A DNA stretch of 64,000 bases. Origin: Octopus sinensis. Taxonomy: Eukaryota. The stretch lies in NCBI RefSeq assembly GCF_006345805.1, contig NC_043004.1, positions 35,464,001 through 35,528,000 on the forward strand. Reading direction: 5' to 3'. The position numbers and the translations under genes were made by a program. Under the pieces are notes generated by a model that saw nothing but the letters and a program-made list of their open reading frames with translations, ran no database searches and was not told the DNA's origin. Positions within the stretch are counted from its first letter, which is position 1. Every line of letters begins with the position of its first letter. Below are positions 13,117-26,130 of the stretch, piece after piece.

Positions 13117-13650
13117 TTGAGTGAGAGAGCAGTGCATGCCAGCAAAGTGACACTGGGGTAAAATATACGAAGCCCAGTATACCCACCATGGCTACTTGTC
13201 TGATAAGGGTACACTAGACGCATGCATCACAACCATATGTGCATGACATGGTGATCCCATATCAAGATAAACAGTGCATGACCTTGCAGGTGGGGCCTAG
13301 TTAGAATTTTCTTCAGGTTGAATAGCCCATCCTGCTCAAAAGACCCCTGAATAAGGGTTGTTTAAGAATGTTGAACAAAACACCCATGTTTCCTAATGTG
13401 AATTATCCAAACTCCAAAGAATTTCTTTCAACACATGGCTATGATGCTCCCCCACTACTTCTGCTCAGGATCAGAGATGCACATATCGTCAGCCACCAAG
13501 CGACATGCTCAACTGGTTAAGGTCAATCTTGTTACAAGCAAATCTGTGGTATTGAGTAGAATATTTGCTGTACTAAGACAAAACAATGTACATGGTAACA
13601 CTTCCAATCAGTTAAGACCAGAAGCCATGAAAGCCACTGCCTGGTACTGC
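13117..13650 (-). mobile_element. Family D element flanked by (TTA)n on both sides
   Basis: Reverse complement of 8567-9112. (TTA)n lies at ~13100-13118 and ~13662-13706, and a partial tandem copy follows at 13706-13910. Confidence 0.75.
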
Positions 13651-13663
13651 ATCAGGGCAGCTA

Positions 13664-13694
<31 letters not shown>

Positions 13695-14129
13695 TATTAT
13701 TATTATTGAGTGAGAGAGCAGTGTGTGTCATGAAAGTGACACTGGGGTACAAATATGCAAAGCCCAATATCCCCATCAAATAATGAAACACCATGCACAT
13801 GCATCACAACCATATGTGCATGACATGATCTCATATCAGGATAAATGGTACATGGCTTTGTAGGTGGGGCCCAGTTAAAATTTCCTTAGGGTTGAATAGC
13901 TCATCCTGCACCTCCTCATCATCAGCATCATCGTCATCATCATCATCATCATCATCAACATTACACTAAATGTGATTGATACTCCCATCTCCTTTCCTGA
14001 AGATTCTTCATTTGCTGCCTGACTGAGTTTTGTTAATCTTTGCTTTTATCAGACTTATAATTCTAAGGGTTTGTTCTTGAGTGGTTATAATAATCAACGT
14101 TTCTAATTCTTCGTTCAAGTTCTTTCTCT

Positions 14130-14510
14130 ATCAACAGGCTTCAGGCATGCAACTAACAAAAGTGCAGTTAGTTGCATGACTTGTCCATGCAGTTTCATCT
14201 CTTTCCATTTGTTCATTCTGTTGTTCTTCCTTTTCTCTTTGTATTCTTCCATTGTTTCAGTCCCTTTTTTCAGTGTCTCTGGCTGCCAAAAGCATTCTTT
14301 CTTTTCTCTGTACAACATCATCTTTCAGACCCTGTATCACAAATACAAAACGTGTCTTCCACGTTTTTAATTTGTATTCCTCTGCCACCTTCCTTTCGTG
14401 GCAGATAGAATTAATCAGCATTACTTTTAGGATGGAGTGTGTTGTGCATTGTTGGCAGTTTTCTGGTTCTTCTATCCAAGTTCTGGAGCTTGATCTTTGT
14501 CCATTTTAGA
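14130..14510 (-). mobile_element. Decayed R4/Dong-type non-LTR retrotransposon fragment
   Basis: Minus-strand translation gives TLHPKSNAD*FYLPRKEGGRGIQIKNVEDTF and NKWKEMKLHGQ, matching the LHPK..D.LYLPRKEGGRGL and W..K.LHGQ motifs of R4-clade ORFs. Confidence 0.7.
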
Positions 14511-15666
14511 AAGCAGGCAGAGTATCTCAATAATGGCATTGCCCATCATCATCATCATCATCATCATCATCATTATTTTTACACATGTCAAAGAAATACA
14601 AGAGTGAAGATAAGTCAGAATGGCGTAGATTCATGGCTAGGTATCCTATTTGTATCCCAGAATAGGTGAGCAGTTAAAAAGAACAACAAACCCAAATTTC
14701 CTGAGCAATAGCAGTCAAAAATCTGGTGATGGCAAGAGAAATCCCTTTATGCTCAGTTATAAGAAATAGATGAGAAAACTGCCACATACCTTAACAAACA
14801 TCACCCAGTAATACCACACCATCTTTGTGTGATGGGGAAGAAATAGTATTTACTAATAGAAAACCTATAAATGGTTAGAGAAAACATGAGCTCAAAAAGA
14901 GATGACTCAAAGTAAAACAAAAAAAAATTGGGGCAGTTTGAAGAATTGAAACAGAACAACAATAAAATAATGATGAGAATGGAAGGGACAAAAAAGGAAC
15001 TAAGATTCCTTGTCCTTTGAGCAAGCAATTAATGTACAAAATTATGTATCTATGGTGCTATGAATTTTCTAAAAATTTCAGGATGACACAAAATAATTAG
15101 ATTCAGATTATAAACAAGATGCAAAAGATAAGCATATCCAGTTGGTGTTTTTCAACATGAAATGTTTTTCTAGTGCATTAGATTGTACCCATAGTCAGTT
15201 CAAAAGTGGTTAATAAGGGTCATGTAGTGTCCTCTATCAACCTTTTTTTCTTCACTAAGGTGAGCTGGTAGAACTGTTGACCCGTTGGACAAGATGCTTA
15301 CTAGCATTTTGTCTACTTTTACATTGTGAGTTCAAATCCCACTGAGGTTGATTTTATCTTTCATCCTTTTGGGGTCAATGAGTACTGGGTTTGATGCAAC
15401 CAACTAGATCCACTTTCCCAAAATTGCAGGCTGCGATTATTGCTTCTAATTATAACTTGTATGATTTATTGTGGTTATTATCATATTTTTTTTTGTTATG
15501 TATATCCATGTAATACATCTATTCGTATTATGTATAACATCTCTCAACCCTTGCCTTTCTAACTTGTATATTTGTCCTTCATACCACTTCAATTTTCTTT
15601 GAAACCCCTACAGAAAGTTTCATATTTTTGTACCTCTTCCAAGTCCTTGTGGCTAATAAAAGAAAG

Positions 15667-15718
<52 letters not shown>

Positions 15719-16334
15719 TGGGCGATAGAATTTATTTCCATCAAATATTATAAAATACAATGATTATTGTCACTACTATGGTCATATAATTAAAAATATC
15801 ATTATTATCAATTTTTCATAACTTTTATGGAAAGGTGCAATTATTTCTAGGGGATTATTTCTGATAACTTATTATTTCTTTATCATTTCCGCAGGGAAGC
15901 AAGAAGTATGCATGCACACAAACACACAAACTAAATCAAATGAAAATTATAGAGGGAAATATTCTCAGAAAATCTCTACAAGCAAATCAAATATAATTAT
16001 TTCTTTACCAAGCAAATAGAAAACTTACGTTTTCTCATCAGTTCCATGTGTATTCTTCAAACCTCTGTATCTTCATTAGAGAAGAAAGTATTGCTAAGGC
16101 AGAATGTTATCAGTGAATTCTTCCCTTCCAGCAAATATTAAATTCTGAATTTCTTTAACCTTTTAACTGCATAATTAAATTTCATGGTCATTCTTGTAAT
16201 GACGTTAATTATTCACAAAAAATTGCAATCGTTTTTTTTTTCTGTAAGTCATGTTGCCACACAATAAACACGATACACCTCAGTAAAAGATAGTTCCAAA
16301 TATGACATACTTTAGAGAATTATAAATTAATACA

Positions 16335-16970
16335 TGGCTGATGACAGTACCACCTGATTGGCATTCATGCCAGTGGAACGTTAAAAGCATATCTGAGCAT
16401 GGGGTGTAACCAGCCCACTTATGGGTACTCCTCATTGCATGCGAAGACCTATTGAGGCAAGTGAAAACAAATCAAAATCGCTGACGTGGCTGATGACAGT
16501 ACCACCTGATTGGCACTTGTGCCAGTGGAATGTTAAGAGCACATCCGAGCGTGATCATTGCCAGGGCCACAGATTGGCTCCTGTGCTGATGGCATGTGAA
16601 AAGCACCATTTGAGTGTGATTGTTGCCAGTATTGCCTTACTGGTACATGTGCCAGTGGCACATGAAAAACAACATTCAAGCATGGTCATTGCCAGTACCA
16701 CTGGACTGGCTCCCATGCAAGTAGCATGTAAAAAACACCTTTTGAGTGTGGTCATTGCCAGAACCGCTTGACTGGCCCTCATGCCAGTGGCATGTAAAAG
16801 CACCCACTACACTCTCAGAGTGGTTGGCGTTAGGAAGGGCATCCAGCTGTAGAAACTTTGCCCGATTGGATTGGAGCCTGGTGCAGCCTTCTGGCTTGCC
16901 AGCCCTGAGTCAAACAGGCCAACCCATGCCAGCATGAAAAGTGGACGTTAAACGATGACGATGATGATGA
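16335..16970 (+). mobile_element. Long family A RTE-type 3' region with internal duplication
   Basis: 16335-16400 duplicates 16488-16555; internal tandem units; (GAT)n tail. Confidence 0.8.
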
Positions 16971-19129
16971 ATGGTAATAAAATTTTGAGTGGATATATGA
17001 GTGTATGTATGAGCATGTGTGTGTGTGTGTGTGTATGTACCAGTTGTGAGGAATGTGTTAATATGTAAAATTGCTGTATCCAGTTGTGTCACACCACTAA
17101 ATTTCGTAAAGCTATTTAAGCAATGTCTTTGTAGATGGTCAGTGGTTTGTAGATGGGTTGGGTTTGTGGAACTAAAGAATGTTTAAGAACTCCTGAAATA
17201 CGCATAGACACCCATTACCTATTTGTCTATCTTTGGTCGCATTATTTACATAGACATATTCACATACAAAACAGGGCTGGCTCTAATTTCTACAGAAAAT
17301 CTATCAAGATAACATTAGATAGTGATTGAATTGCATTGCTAACACAGAACTGAGTATTGACATATTAGCTTTTAATATAAATTTTATAGTATATCACGGT
17401 TGCATAATAAAAGACAGTGTCCCCACAAGCAATTAATAAATATCGTACACATGATTTATGTAGAGAACTTTTTGCAGTCAGATTACTTTGTCACATGTAA
17501 TGCTTATTTATTCCCATTGTTTTGAATTAATCAGGAATTATCTTGCTGCTTCAAGATTTTGATGATGTGATTGCATATTTTTAGATATTGAAAGGTGGAA
17601 GTAAAACAAAAAAAAGCTAGATCTGAATGGCTTAAATATAAAACAGGTTGAATATTTGGATTAGATGTGGTTGGTTGAAATGCTAAAGAATTTCAAATAC
17701 TCAAGTAATCAATTGTCTGATAGCAGCAGTGAGAGAAATGAGTGAACGCCAACAATAATTTGATAGTTGCATTGTGTGAAACTGCCGATGCCATGAGACA
17801 ATTGTACTTGAGAAACATCAAACTGTCACTCAATCACATAGTAGTCAACAGCCACACTCAGGGAAATTCTTAACCCTTGGAACCTGAGGATATGCTTCAG
17901 TGAGTACAGTTTCATCCCTGGAAGATATGAAAGTAGGCATCTACATGGTTTTGTGTTCCTGCTAACATATTGAGCATGTTGCTGTCTGCTTTTGCATTCC
18001 TCAGGAATATGGACAAACAAAATCGTACCTGATGAAGTGTGCCTTGCATGTTTAAACGTTTAGAATATCCTATAATTGTTGGGTGTTAAGAAATTTACTT
18101 CACAAACACAGGATTCCATGGTCAGTTTCCCTAAATGGTTACTTGAGGATGTGCCTTCTGTTATAGACTCAGGGTGGCCATTATCTTGTGAGTGGAATTT
18201 GGTTGACAAAAACATATATGATGTATGCCTGTATGGTGTACGCATGTAAAACCAGAGTCCAAGTAAACTTGTTTATACTGGCAAAAACTTCATTGTGAAA
18301 TTCATGGGAAAAATGGAATTTGACATTTCAGAAATAACATTGTATTTGAAAAAACCTGAAAATGTTTGATTTTGTGTCCCTAAGATCATCATCATCATCA
18401 TCATCTTTTTCTCATGTTTGCATGGGTCAATGAGAAATGTTAATTGAAAATGTCCTGTGATCAGACAGCATTCTTGTCATCAGCCTCAGCCAGGTAATAT
18501 TTCTCTATGACAGAAAGTTTTCACAAAAGATTAGAAATGAATAACATGTGTAAGATGGTGACTCTCATTTACTACTGTCACCGATGTTAAAATAGTGACA
18601 TGAACTCCTACACATGCACATTGTCCATTTTATTGACGATAGGTATAAACTCTACAGTACCTATAAAGGGACCGTCTCTCAGATTGGGCAGCCAATAACT
18701 AGTGAGGCAGTATCATCAACAACAGCTACAAATCCAAAAGAAGTAAACAAAAAGAATGCCTCTGCACAGCTAATGAAACTGATGGATGGGCTTGTGAAAG
18801 GAACTGAAAGAGTTTGGATGAGATTGAGTTTGGATTTCTGTCGAGTTGAATTACCAACAATTTCCTCTTCTTAGTAAGCCAACTGCAGGGTAAGGTTTTT
18901 TTAAAAAAAAATTAGCTTCTATACCTAACATTTCACAACTCTGAGAAAGCTGTTTTGTATTATGTAGCCAAATATAAACTACCAGTCTGTGCAAAAATGC
19001 AGAAAGATCACAGACAGACAAAAAGGCTTTGCTTCTTATAGAAGTACATGAGTAATTAACAATGAGAGAAAAGCTCTTATACAAATAAATTCTTTCCAAA
19101 GTTCCTTAGAATTTGTTGAAATTTTCCCA

Positions 19130-19620
19130 TTTAGCAATGGAAATGAATGTTTCAAAAGTGTAGTTGCTGGAGTAAGAACAGGAAAGAAAATTTCAGGGAG
19201 CAGTTGGCAATAATGGGATTATCTCCAAGCAAATGGCAGATTGTATGATACTTGTGTATGAAGTACAGTGTTGGATGATAATGAAACATGGGATGGGAAT
19301 ACAAAAAGTGTGACAGTGTGATAGGGATAAAGCTGAATGTGTAGAATTAAAATGCATAAATGATGGGACACAAATGACTTGAGAAAAATAACTGTGTATC
19401 AAAGAAGAGGGAAGGCTGTGTTGGTGTAAAGGTGAGAGTTGAGTTAAGAAATGTCAGGTGATCCAAGAAGAAAGAAACTATGGAAAAGGGAAACCTAGGA
19501 AGATATAGGCAGAAATGGTTTGAACAGATGTCAATTGGCTGAAATATCAGAAAGATTATTTCAAAAGAACACAAAAAATAGTGAGACACTCCACCACTAA
19601 AGTTCCCTCCAATTGAAAAA
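19130..19620 (+). mobile_element. Highly decayed RTE-type LINE ORF2 3' fragment
   Basis: GKGKPRKI*AEMV*TDV at ~19482-19532 resembles the RTE GRGRPRKTW..V..D motif; many stops. Confidence 0.35.
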
Positions 19621-20554
19621 AAGCATATGAAAATACTACAATAAAATGCTAATCTAATATTATAGATTAATATTATAGTCAAAACTATTGAAAAGGTTGC
19701 AAGATGCAACGAAAATTTTAGAACAATAAAAATAAGAAAAAAAGTGGAAACTTTACCGGTGAGTGTGTTGAATTATAAGGTACAAGAAGAAAATGACTCT
19801 GCCCAGACACAACAGAATATGCTTCAACATGCGAACTCATATAAAGAATCTTGCAAACCAAATCCCAAAACGAAAGATTATTTAGTTTTAGGGATAGTGG
19901 TGTTGTTCGGCATCTGAGAACCAGTGTATTTTTATTAAGTTTTACAATCTTTACTTCCGTTAGTATGATATCTGATACAACTTTCATCATTTTTAGTAGT
20001 CTATCTTTTAATGTTTTGAGGAATTTAAACTCAGAATAACAGAATAATGAAGCTTCATTCTGTGTTTGTAACTTCTATATGAAACAAGAATCAAGACTCC
20101 ATGAGAGCAAATATGATTCAAAGAATTTTGCTAGCATATTGGTTTGAAAGCATTTGAATTATCTCTGTTTCTTTGATTCTATTTAATGTCTAATGTTTTG
20201 TGTTGAGCAGGATATGAAGGAAACCTCTCAATCTCTTCTTTATGGGAAACCATTTAATGCAGCATGACCTGCCAATATCCCAATTCAAGTGAAATCACAT
20301 TAAATTTCAATAAATGAATGCCCATAATTTAAACAAAATAACAACAACATCAAGACGACAGTGAAAGCAATATTGTCAATAATGATGATTACAGCAACAT
20401 TGTAGCCAACGATTTTATGCTAAACACACAGAGTAGAACCATAAAAATGTTAACAATGAAGAAGGTAAATGCCATCAAAATAAGGACAGATACTTCCCAG
20501 TCTGTCTGTCTTTCACTGTGCGTGTGTGTATGTGTGCATGCATATGTGTATATG

Positions 20555-20594
<40 letters not shown>

Positions 20595-20784
20595 CATACA
20601 CACACATATATATACAGATATATTAGAGGAAATATTTGCTAAGTTAAAAAATCAAGTTAAAATTATGAAATCAAACATACGTTTTCCACAAAATATTCCA
20701 TAAAGAATTTTTTTTTTAATATTGCAAGAATAAGATTAATCAAAAACACACCAAAAGTATATACCTGTTGAAGCTAACATTTAC

Positions 20785-20816
<32 letters not shown>

Positions 20817-20829
20817 ATGTATGTATATA

Positions 20830-20861
<32 letters not shown>

Positions 20862-21615
20862 GCAGGTATATATGTATCACATACACATCTATGCAACTGA
20901 CTACATGAGTGTGTGAATTGTTTTTACTTAATAAATGTAATATATAATATCATATACTGCAGATATATATACAATACATGTATATATCAAGAGAAAGAGA
21001 GATTTATATCTGTGTGTGTGTGTGTGTGCATGACTGCATATGAGTGTGTATGCATGTCTGAATTGTCACTCTCAGTTGTTTAGTAACTCCAATGATATAC
21101 TACAAGAATTCTTAAATAATGGAAGGAAAATAACTAAAAGGCCTTTAAGCACTTATCGTATTGGAAATATAGCAAATGGCACCAACAGACTTTATGTCTG
21201 TAGAATATTTCTTGAATATGAATAATAATTGCGATTTAATATTGACATTTGTTTGTATTATTTGGGTTTTGTTTGTAATAGACAAAACAATCTTTTTGGC
21301 AGCTGTATAATTGGTTCCATTGCCGAAATGTTCTGAGAATCGTTTGCAGCCAAAGCATTTAATATCAGTCATTATCTCTATGGTTATATTTTATTGTTTT
21401 CCTCTTTTATTGTGTCTTTTCTTTACGTTTTGTTGCCTTTATGTTCTTCTTTGTTTGCTGTCGGTCAGCTAGGGAGGGATTTAATGGCTGGATACATTAT
21501 ATGTTAGCCTAATTACGTACAATTAATATCTCTTGTCATATATTTAATCAGTTTCGAAGCTTACTGAAGCTATGCAGTAATATCTTCTTTAATTGGTCTG
21601 GACATGGACATACAG

Positions 21616-21648
<33 letters not shown>

Positions 21649-22989
21649 AGCACAGAGTCACACACTTGCACACATACATATTTGCTTTTAACTCGAGAAA
21701 AATCCAATTCTAAGAAACTGACAACTTTTCAGTTTGAACAATTCTTCATGTCACTGTCACGTAGTATTTGAGAATAATCTGACAAAAAAAGATAATAACT
21801 CCGTAACTAGAGTGGAAACGAAATAAATGCATGAAACATCATGACATTGCAGATCTGAAAGTAATGTGTGACCAAATGAGAGATTTAGTTTTATCTAGTT
21901 GCAATTATTCTTCGTTGTTCTAAGGTTGTTTACATAAAGTTTCCAGTCTTTCACAGATTTAACAAACACTTTACTGACCTCGCAGCAGTTCTGGCCAAAA
22001 GAATTAGCTTCAATGATAATGTATTTCTTTGACATGATGATGAAGATCATTATCATCATTGTTGTTATCATCACCATCACCACCATCAGCAGCAGCAGCC
22101 ATCCAAGAATTTGGACCTGGAGATCTCCATTTCCAGCGACTTCAAGGGCCACCTCCCAGTGGTGTCGGGCATCAACAGAGAGACCTCGACTACAACAAGA
22201 TGACCAAAGTTTTTTTTTTCCAAGGTCTGGGGTCTCCCACCCCTAAGCCCTAGACCATCACCTAATCACCCTTACCCGTCTTGTTGCTTAACAACAACAA
22301 CAACAACAATCAGCAGCAGCAGAAGCAGCATCATTCTCATCATTGTTCCATTATTACCATCATCATCATCATCATCTCACCTTTGTTGTTGCTATTGTCA
22401 TCATCCTGATCTATCTCACTATTTCTTAATCAATGCCATTAGGCAATAAGGATTAATGCCTCATCTGGAGAACCTTCTGAAGCAATTGCTAATTGTTTAA
22501 GCCTGTTTGACAAATGTCATCAGTGTATAGGCTCAGTTCACTATCCCCGTTGATATTTTTTATTCTAAGTAGTAACACTTCCATCCGTTACCAAGTACAG
22601 ATATATTACTGAATGAATGATTTTGCAGCTATAATTCCTCATGGACCTCCATGTGAGATTGAAGGAAACTGCTTTGGTAAACAAGCAACATAACCATCAT
22701 GCAGAGATATAAAATATGTGAGCTGGTTCTTTGCTTGGCATTAGAACTGGACCATTTGTAAGTTTATAGAAGCAAATATTTACAATTAATGCTACTCAAC
22801 AGTTTGTAATGTTTGTTTGTTTTATTTTAGATTCTTCTGCAGGAAGAGGATCAGGCCGTGACCTTCCCTCATTAAAATTGAGAAAGTTAACATTCCTCTC
22901 AAAAAGAGGCAAACTGAGGTTTGCAGGGAAGGAGCCATATGCAAGGAAGAGAGCCAAGATTCTGGGAGAGGAAGGATGGGTAGAATGTT

Positions 22990-24410
22990 AGCTCATGACC
23001 AGGGAGAAAACGATGTGTGACAAGAGAAAGATGGATAAGTAAAAAGTGTCAGAGTGGATGGGGCATGAAATCAGTTAGTTTTGAAGAGCAATGGATGTTG
23101 ATGCAGTGATAGAAGAGAGAGGGGGTGGGGGAGACAGTGTATCTATGGCCTATCTGTCAAGATTGCCCTTCTTTGGATTTCTGTTTGTATTTTGTATTAG
23201 CACAATCCAGGGTGTGGATTCAGTTTCCCAATGTGGATCACACTTTGAGTTTTGTAGAAATTTATTCACTGTAAACAGCTGAATATTTCCTGGTCTTGAA
23301 AAGAAAGATGGGTTTGGGTAAGTTTTGATTTGTTTTCAATTTCCATGTGTGTTCATCACAAGAGACCCTCAATAATAAGGAGACCAAGAAGTTGTAGTAA
23401 CCGCGAGGGTTCTAGTAACATACTGTTCATGGTAAGAGGTTGGGATGAGGTGTAATAATATTTTTTTCTAAATGTGTGTAGTCATACTATCTTTGTGATG
23501 TAGAAGGGGGCATAATTCATATGACCCTATTCGAGGATGTTCCTAAGGTATCTTTTCAAATGTGGATTCAGTGTGATGTACGCAGTTTGAGTGTGGATGA
23601 TGCTTTGGTTGGAATGGTCAGAGAGAACAAAAGATTGTATCATCTGCACAGAAGTAGTCATTGCTAGAGTGACGGCAACATGTTGTTGATAAACAAGAAT
23701 ATAAAAAGAAAAGGCTGAGTCTTGAAGCATACCCAAGGTGGTAGTGTACGGGGCCAGAGAACCTCCATAATGATACAGTCTAACAAGAAGCCACTAATAC
23801 AAAAGACAGGAAATAAATGGACCGTGTAGATATGTGGTTTCACCAAGAGATTTATGGGCCAGACATGCTTGAATGGTTTGTTGATGATGGTACCAACAAA
23901 CCCTATTTTCACTATATTTGTTGAGTCTGTTTCCACTAAAAGTAACTTCATAAAACTCTATTCAAAATGATTGATGGAGGAAAGTAGATTAAGGTGAGAG
24001 AAGAAGGTTATCAGTAACGACTGTCTGTTCATATTTGAGATGCTGGAAATAGTTGTGATAGTCAAAGGAGTATGAGAAGTGACCATTTAATTGGAATGGT
24101 ACTCACTGCTGTGAACTTCCAGACATCAAGATATATTCATTTGAGAGAAGGAGAGAATAAAGTGTTTAACAAGTACAGGAGTTAACTCTGTCATGCATTG
24201 ATAGAGATGGGGGAGCCTTGGCTAATCAGATGGATAGAAGTGTTACAGGGTCCAGAAAGTGAAGAGGTTGTAGGTATGTAGGGAGTAGTCTTAAGGCCGA
24301 AGTCATTCGACCCAACAAGTGCAGAGTTGGTAATAGATGAATAGATGTTGAAATTGGGAAGAGATGAAGGGTGTTTGGGGTGTTTGTACGTCAGTCAGGT
24401 GTTCGTGTCA
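22990..24410 (-). mobile_element. Decayed LINE ORF2 (reverse transcriptase), CR1/Jockey-like group
   Basis: Minus strand gives GMLQDSAFS and FLFINNMLPS (GVPQGS..LF..FIND.P motif) and YFCADDTIF at 23630-23656 (YADD motif); frameshifted. Confidence 0.6.
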
Positions 24411-25732
24411 TGGATGAAACTAATTAATTTCCATGCTAGCATGGAAAGCGGATGCTAAATGATGATGATGATGAAGAGTTGAGATTTGTGAGTTTATAAA
24501 CTCACAACCAAACAGCAAACAAATATTTTAAAATGGACCAACAATATGAAGCTAATAAGATAGAGGTGTAATGATAAGCGTTGCTTACCACAGCATACAA
24601 GCCAAATTTTGCAGGCCAAAACTGACGATGATGATGATAGCAATCTTTTGAAGCTATTTAAATCTGATGGATGAAGAAATCCAAACTTACATAAAAACAC
24701 ATGTAGATATAGTCTAAATTTTATGAAGTTGTGAGTCTCTGTGATTTCACATGGAGAATTACACCCGACTCTGGAACAACTTCAGCTTCTTGAACAGCTT
24801 TCGTTACATCGAAATAATAAGCAATCACAACATTTGTTTGCGTTCTTCTTGCACAATGCCAAATGGATCAGTTCATTCTTTTTGAAAATGATTTGGTGCA
24901 AGATTTTCTCTAGCTGATGGTGCCATAATTTGTCTGGTTTCTACTAAAAAGAAAATTTTGTCTTTTATTATCAAAACAGATGCTACTCATGAAATTGGTT
25001 TTCCCCCTTATCATAATGGCAGAACCGTATGAGTCACAAGAAGGTGAAGGTCAACTAAAACTGTCATTTTCTCATTTTTTGAACACCTAATAATTTCTTT
25101 TGTTAACTTCAGCCCAAAGCCCCACAGTTTAATTAACTACACCATCTCCATTAAAGCAGACTTTCATCTAGTTAATTAAACTGACAGCAGTATATCACCA
25201 GTACTTTCTATAATCAGTGCTGGAAGGATTAGAAAACAAATTTGTTGTAGTATTTAAAATGAAAAGGACTACAATACCACATGGTATTTAATCCAGTATG
25301 AAATCCAAGTGGAAGGAATCTGTGAAGGAGGAAACCCACGAGCTCATGAGACAAAGTGGTAAGGCCTGATCTTCAGGGGCTGAACCTCACGAAGGAGATA
25401 CAGGAACAGCAACAAATGGTGCGATGCTGTGTTGGAGAAGACCTGTCCAAGGCAAGCAAGGATTAAAAAAAAATGTTTCATGAGGAGATATTGACTTTAA
25501 TGAAACATTTCCCAGCCTCTGTATTTTTGGACAACTCTTACAGTACATTTTATGTCGCTGAGTAGTGTTATATAAAATCATTACATCTTTTAATTAATCT
25601 CTTTGGCTCTTTCTCATAAAGTTAAATTTCATAACAGATTAAGCAAATCATGAAACTGTCTTTATAAACAAACTCCATCAAATGACACAGAAAACATTTA
25701 AGAAATTTTGTCTTCACCACTTAGACCAAAAG

Positions 25733-26130
25733 ACGGCAAGCTGAGAGAATAATTAGCAAGCCAGGCCAAATGCTTAGCAGTATTTCGTCTGCCGCTACGT
25801 TTTGAGTTCAAATTCTGCCGAGATCGACTTTGCCTTTCATCCTTTTGGGGTCAATTAAATAAGTACCAGTTACGCACTGGGGTCGATATAATCAACTTAA
25901 TCTGTGTCTCTGTCCTTGTTTGTCCCCTCTTTGTTTAGCCCATTGTGGGTAGTAAAGAAATAGGTATTTCATCTGCTGTTACATTCTGAGTTCAAATTCC
26001 ATTGAGGTCGACTTTGCCTTTCATCCTTTCAGGGTCAATTAAATAAGTACCAGTTATGCACTGGGGTCGATGTAATTGACTTAATCCCTTTGTTTGTCTC
26101 CTCTATGTTTAGCCCCCTATGGGCAATAAA
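25733..26130 (+). mobile_element. Two tandem family C tRNA-derived SINEs (second partial)
   Basis: B-box-like 'gagttcaaattc', core 'gactttgcctttcatcc..ggggtc..aagtaccagtta', tail 'aaagaaatagg'. Confidence 0.85.

Noticed and set aside
19666-19935. Plus-strand frame resembling a transporter N-terminus (PKTKDYLVLGIVVLFGI*)
   Set aside because: Multiple TAA/TGA stops follow immediately, there are no clear splice sites, and the resemblance is superficial.
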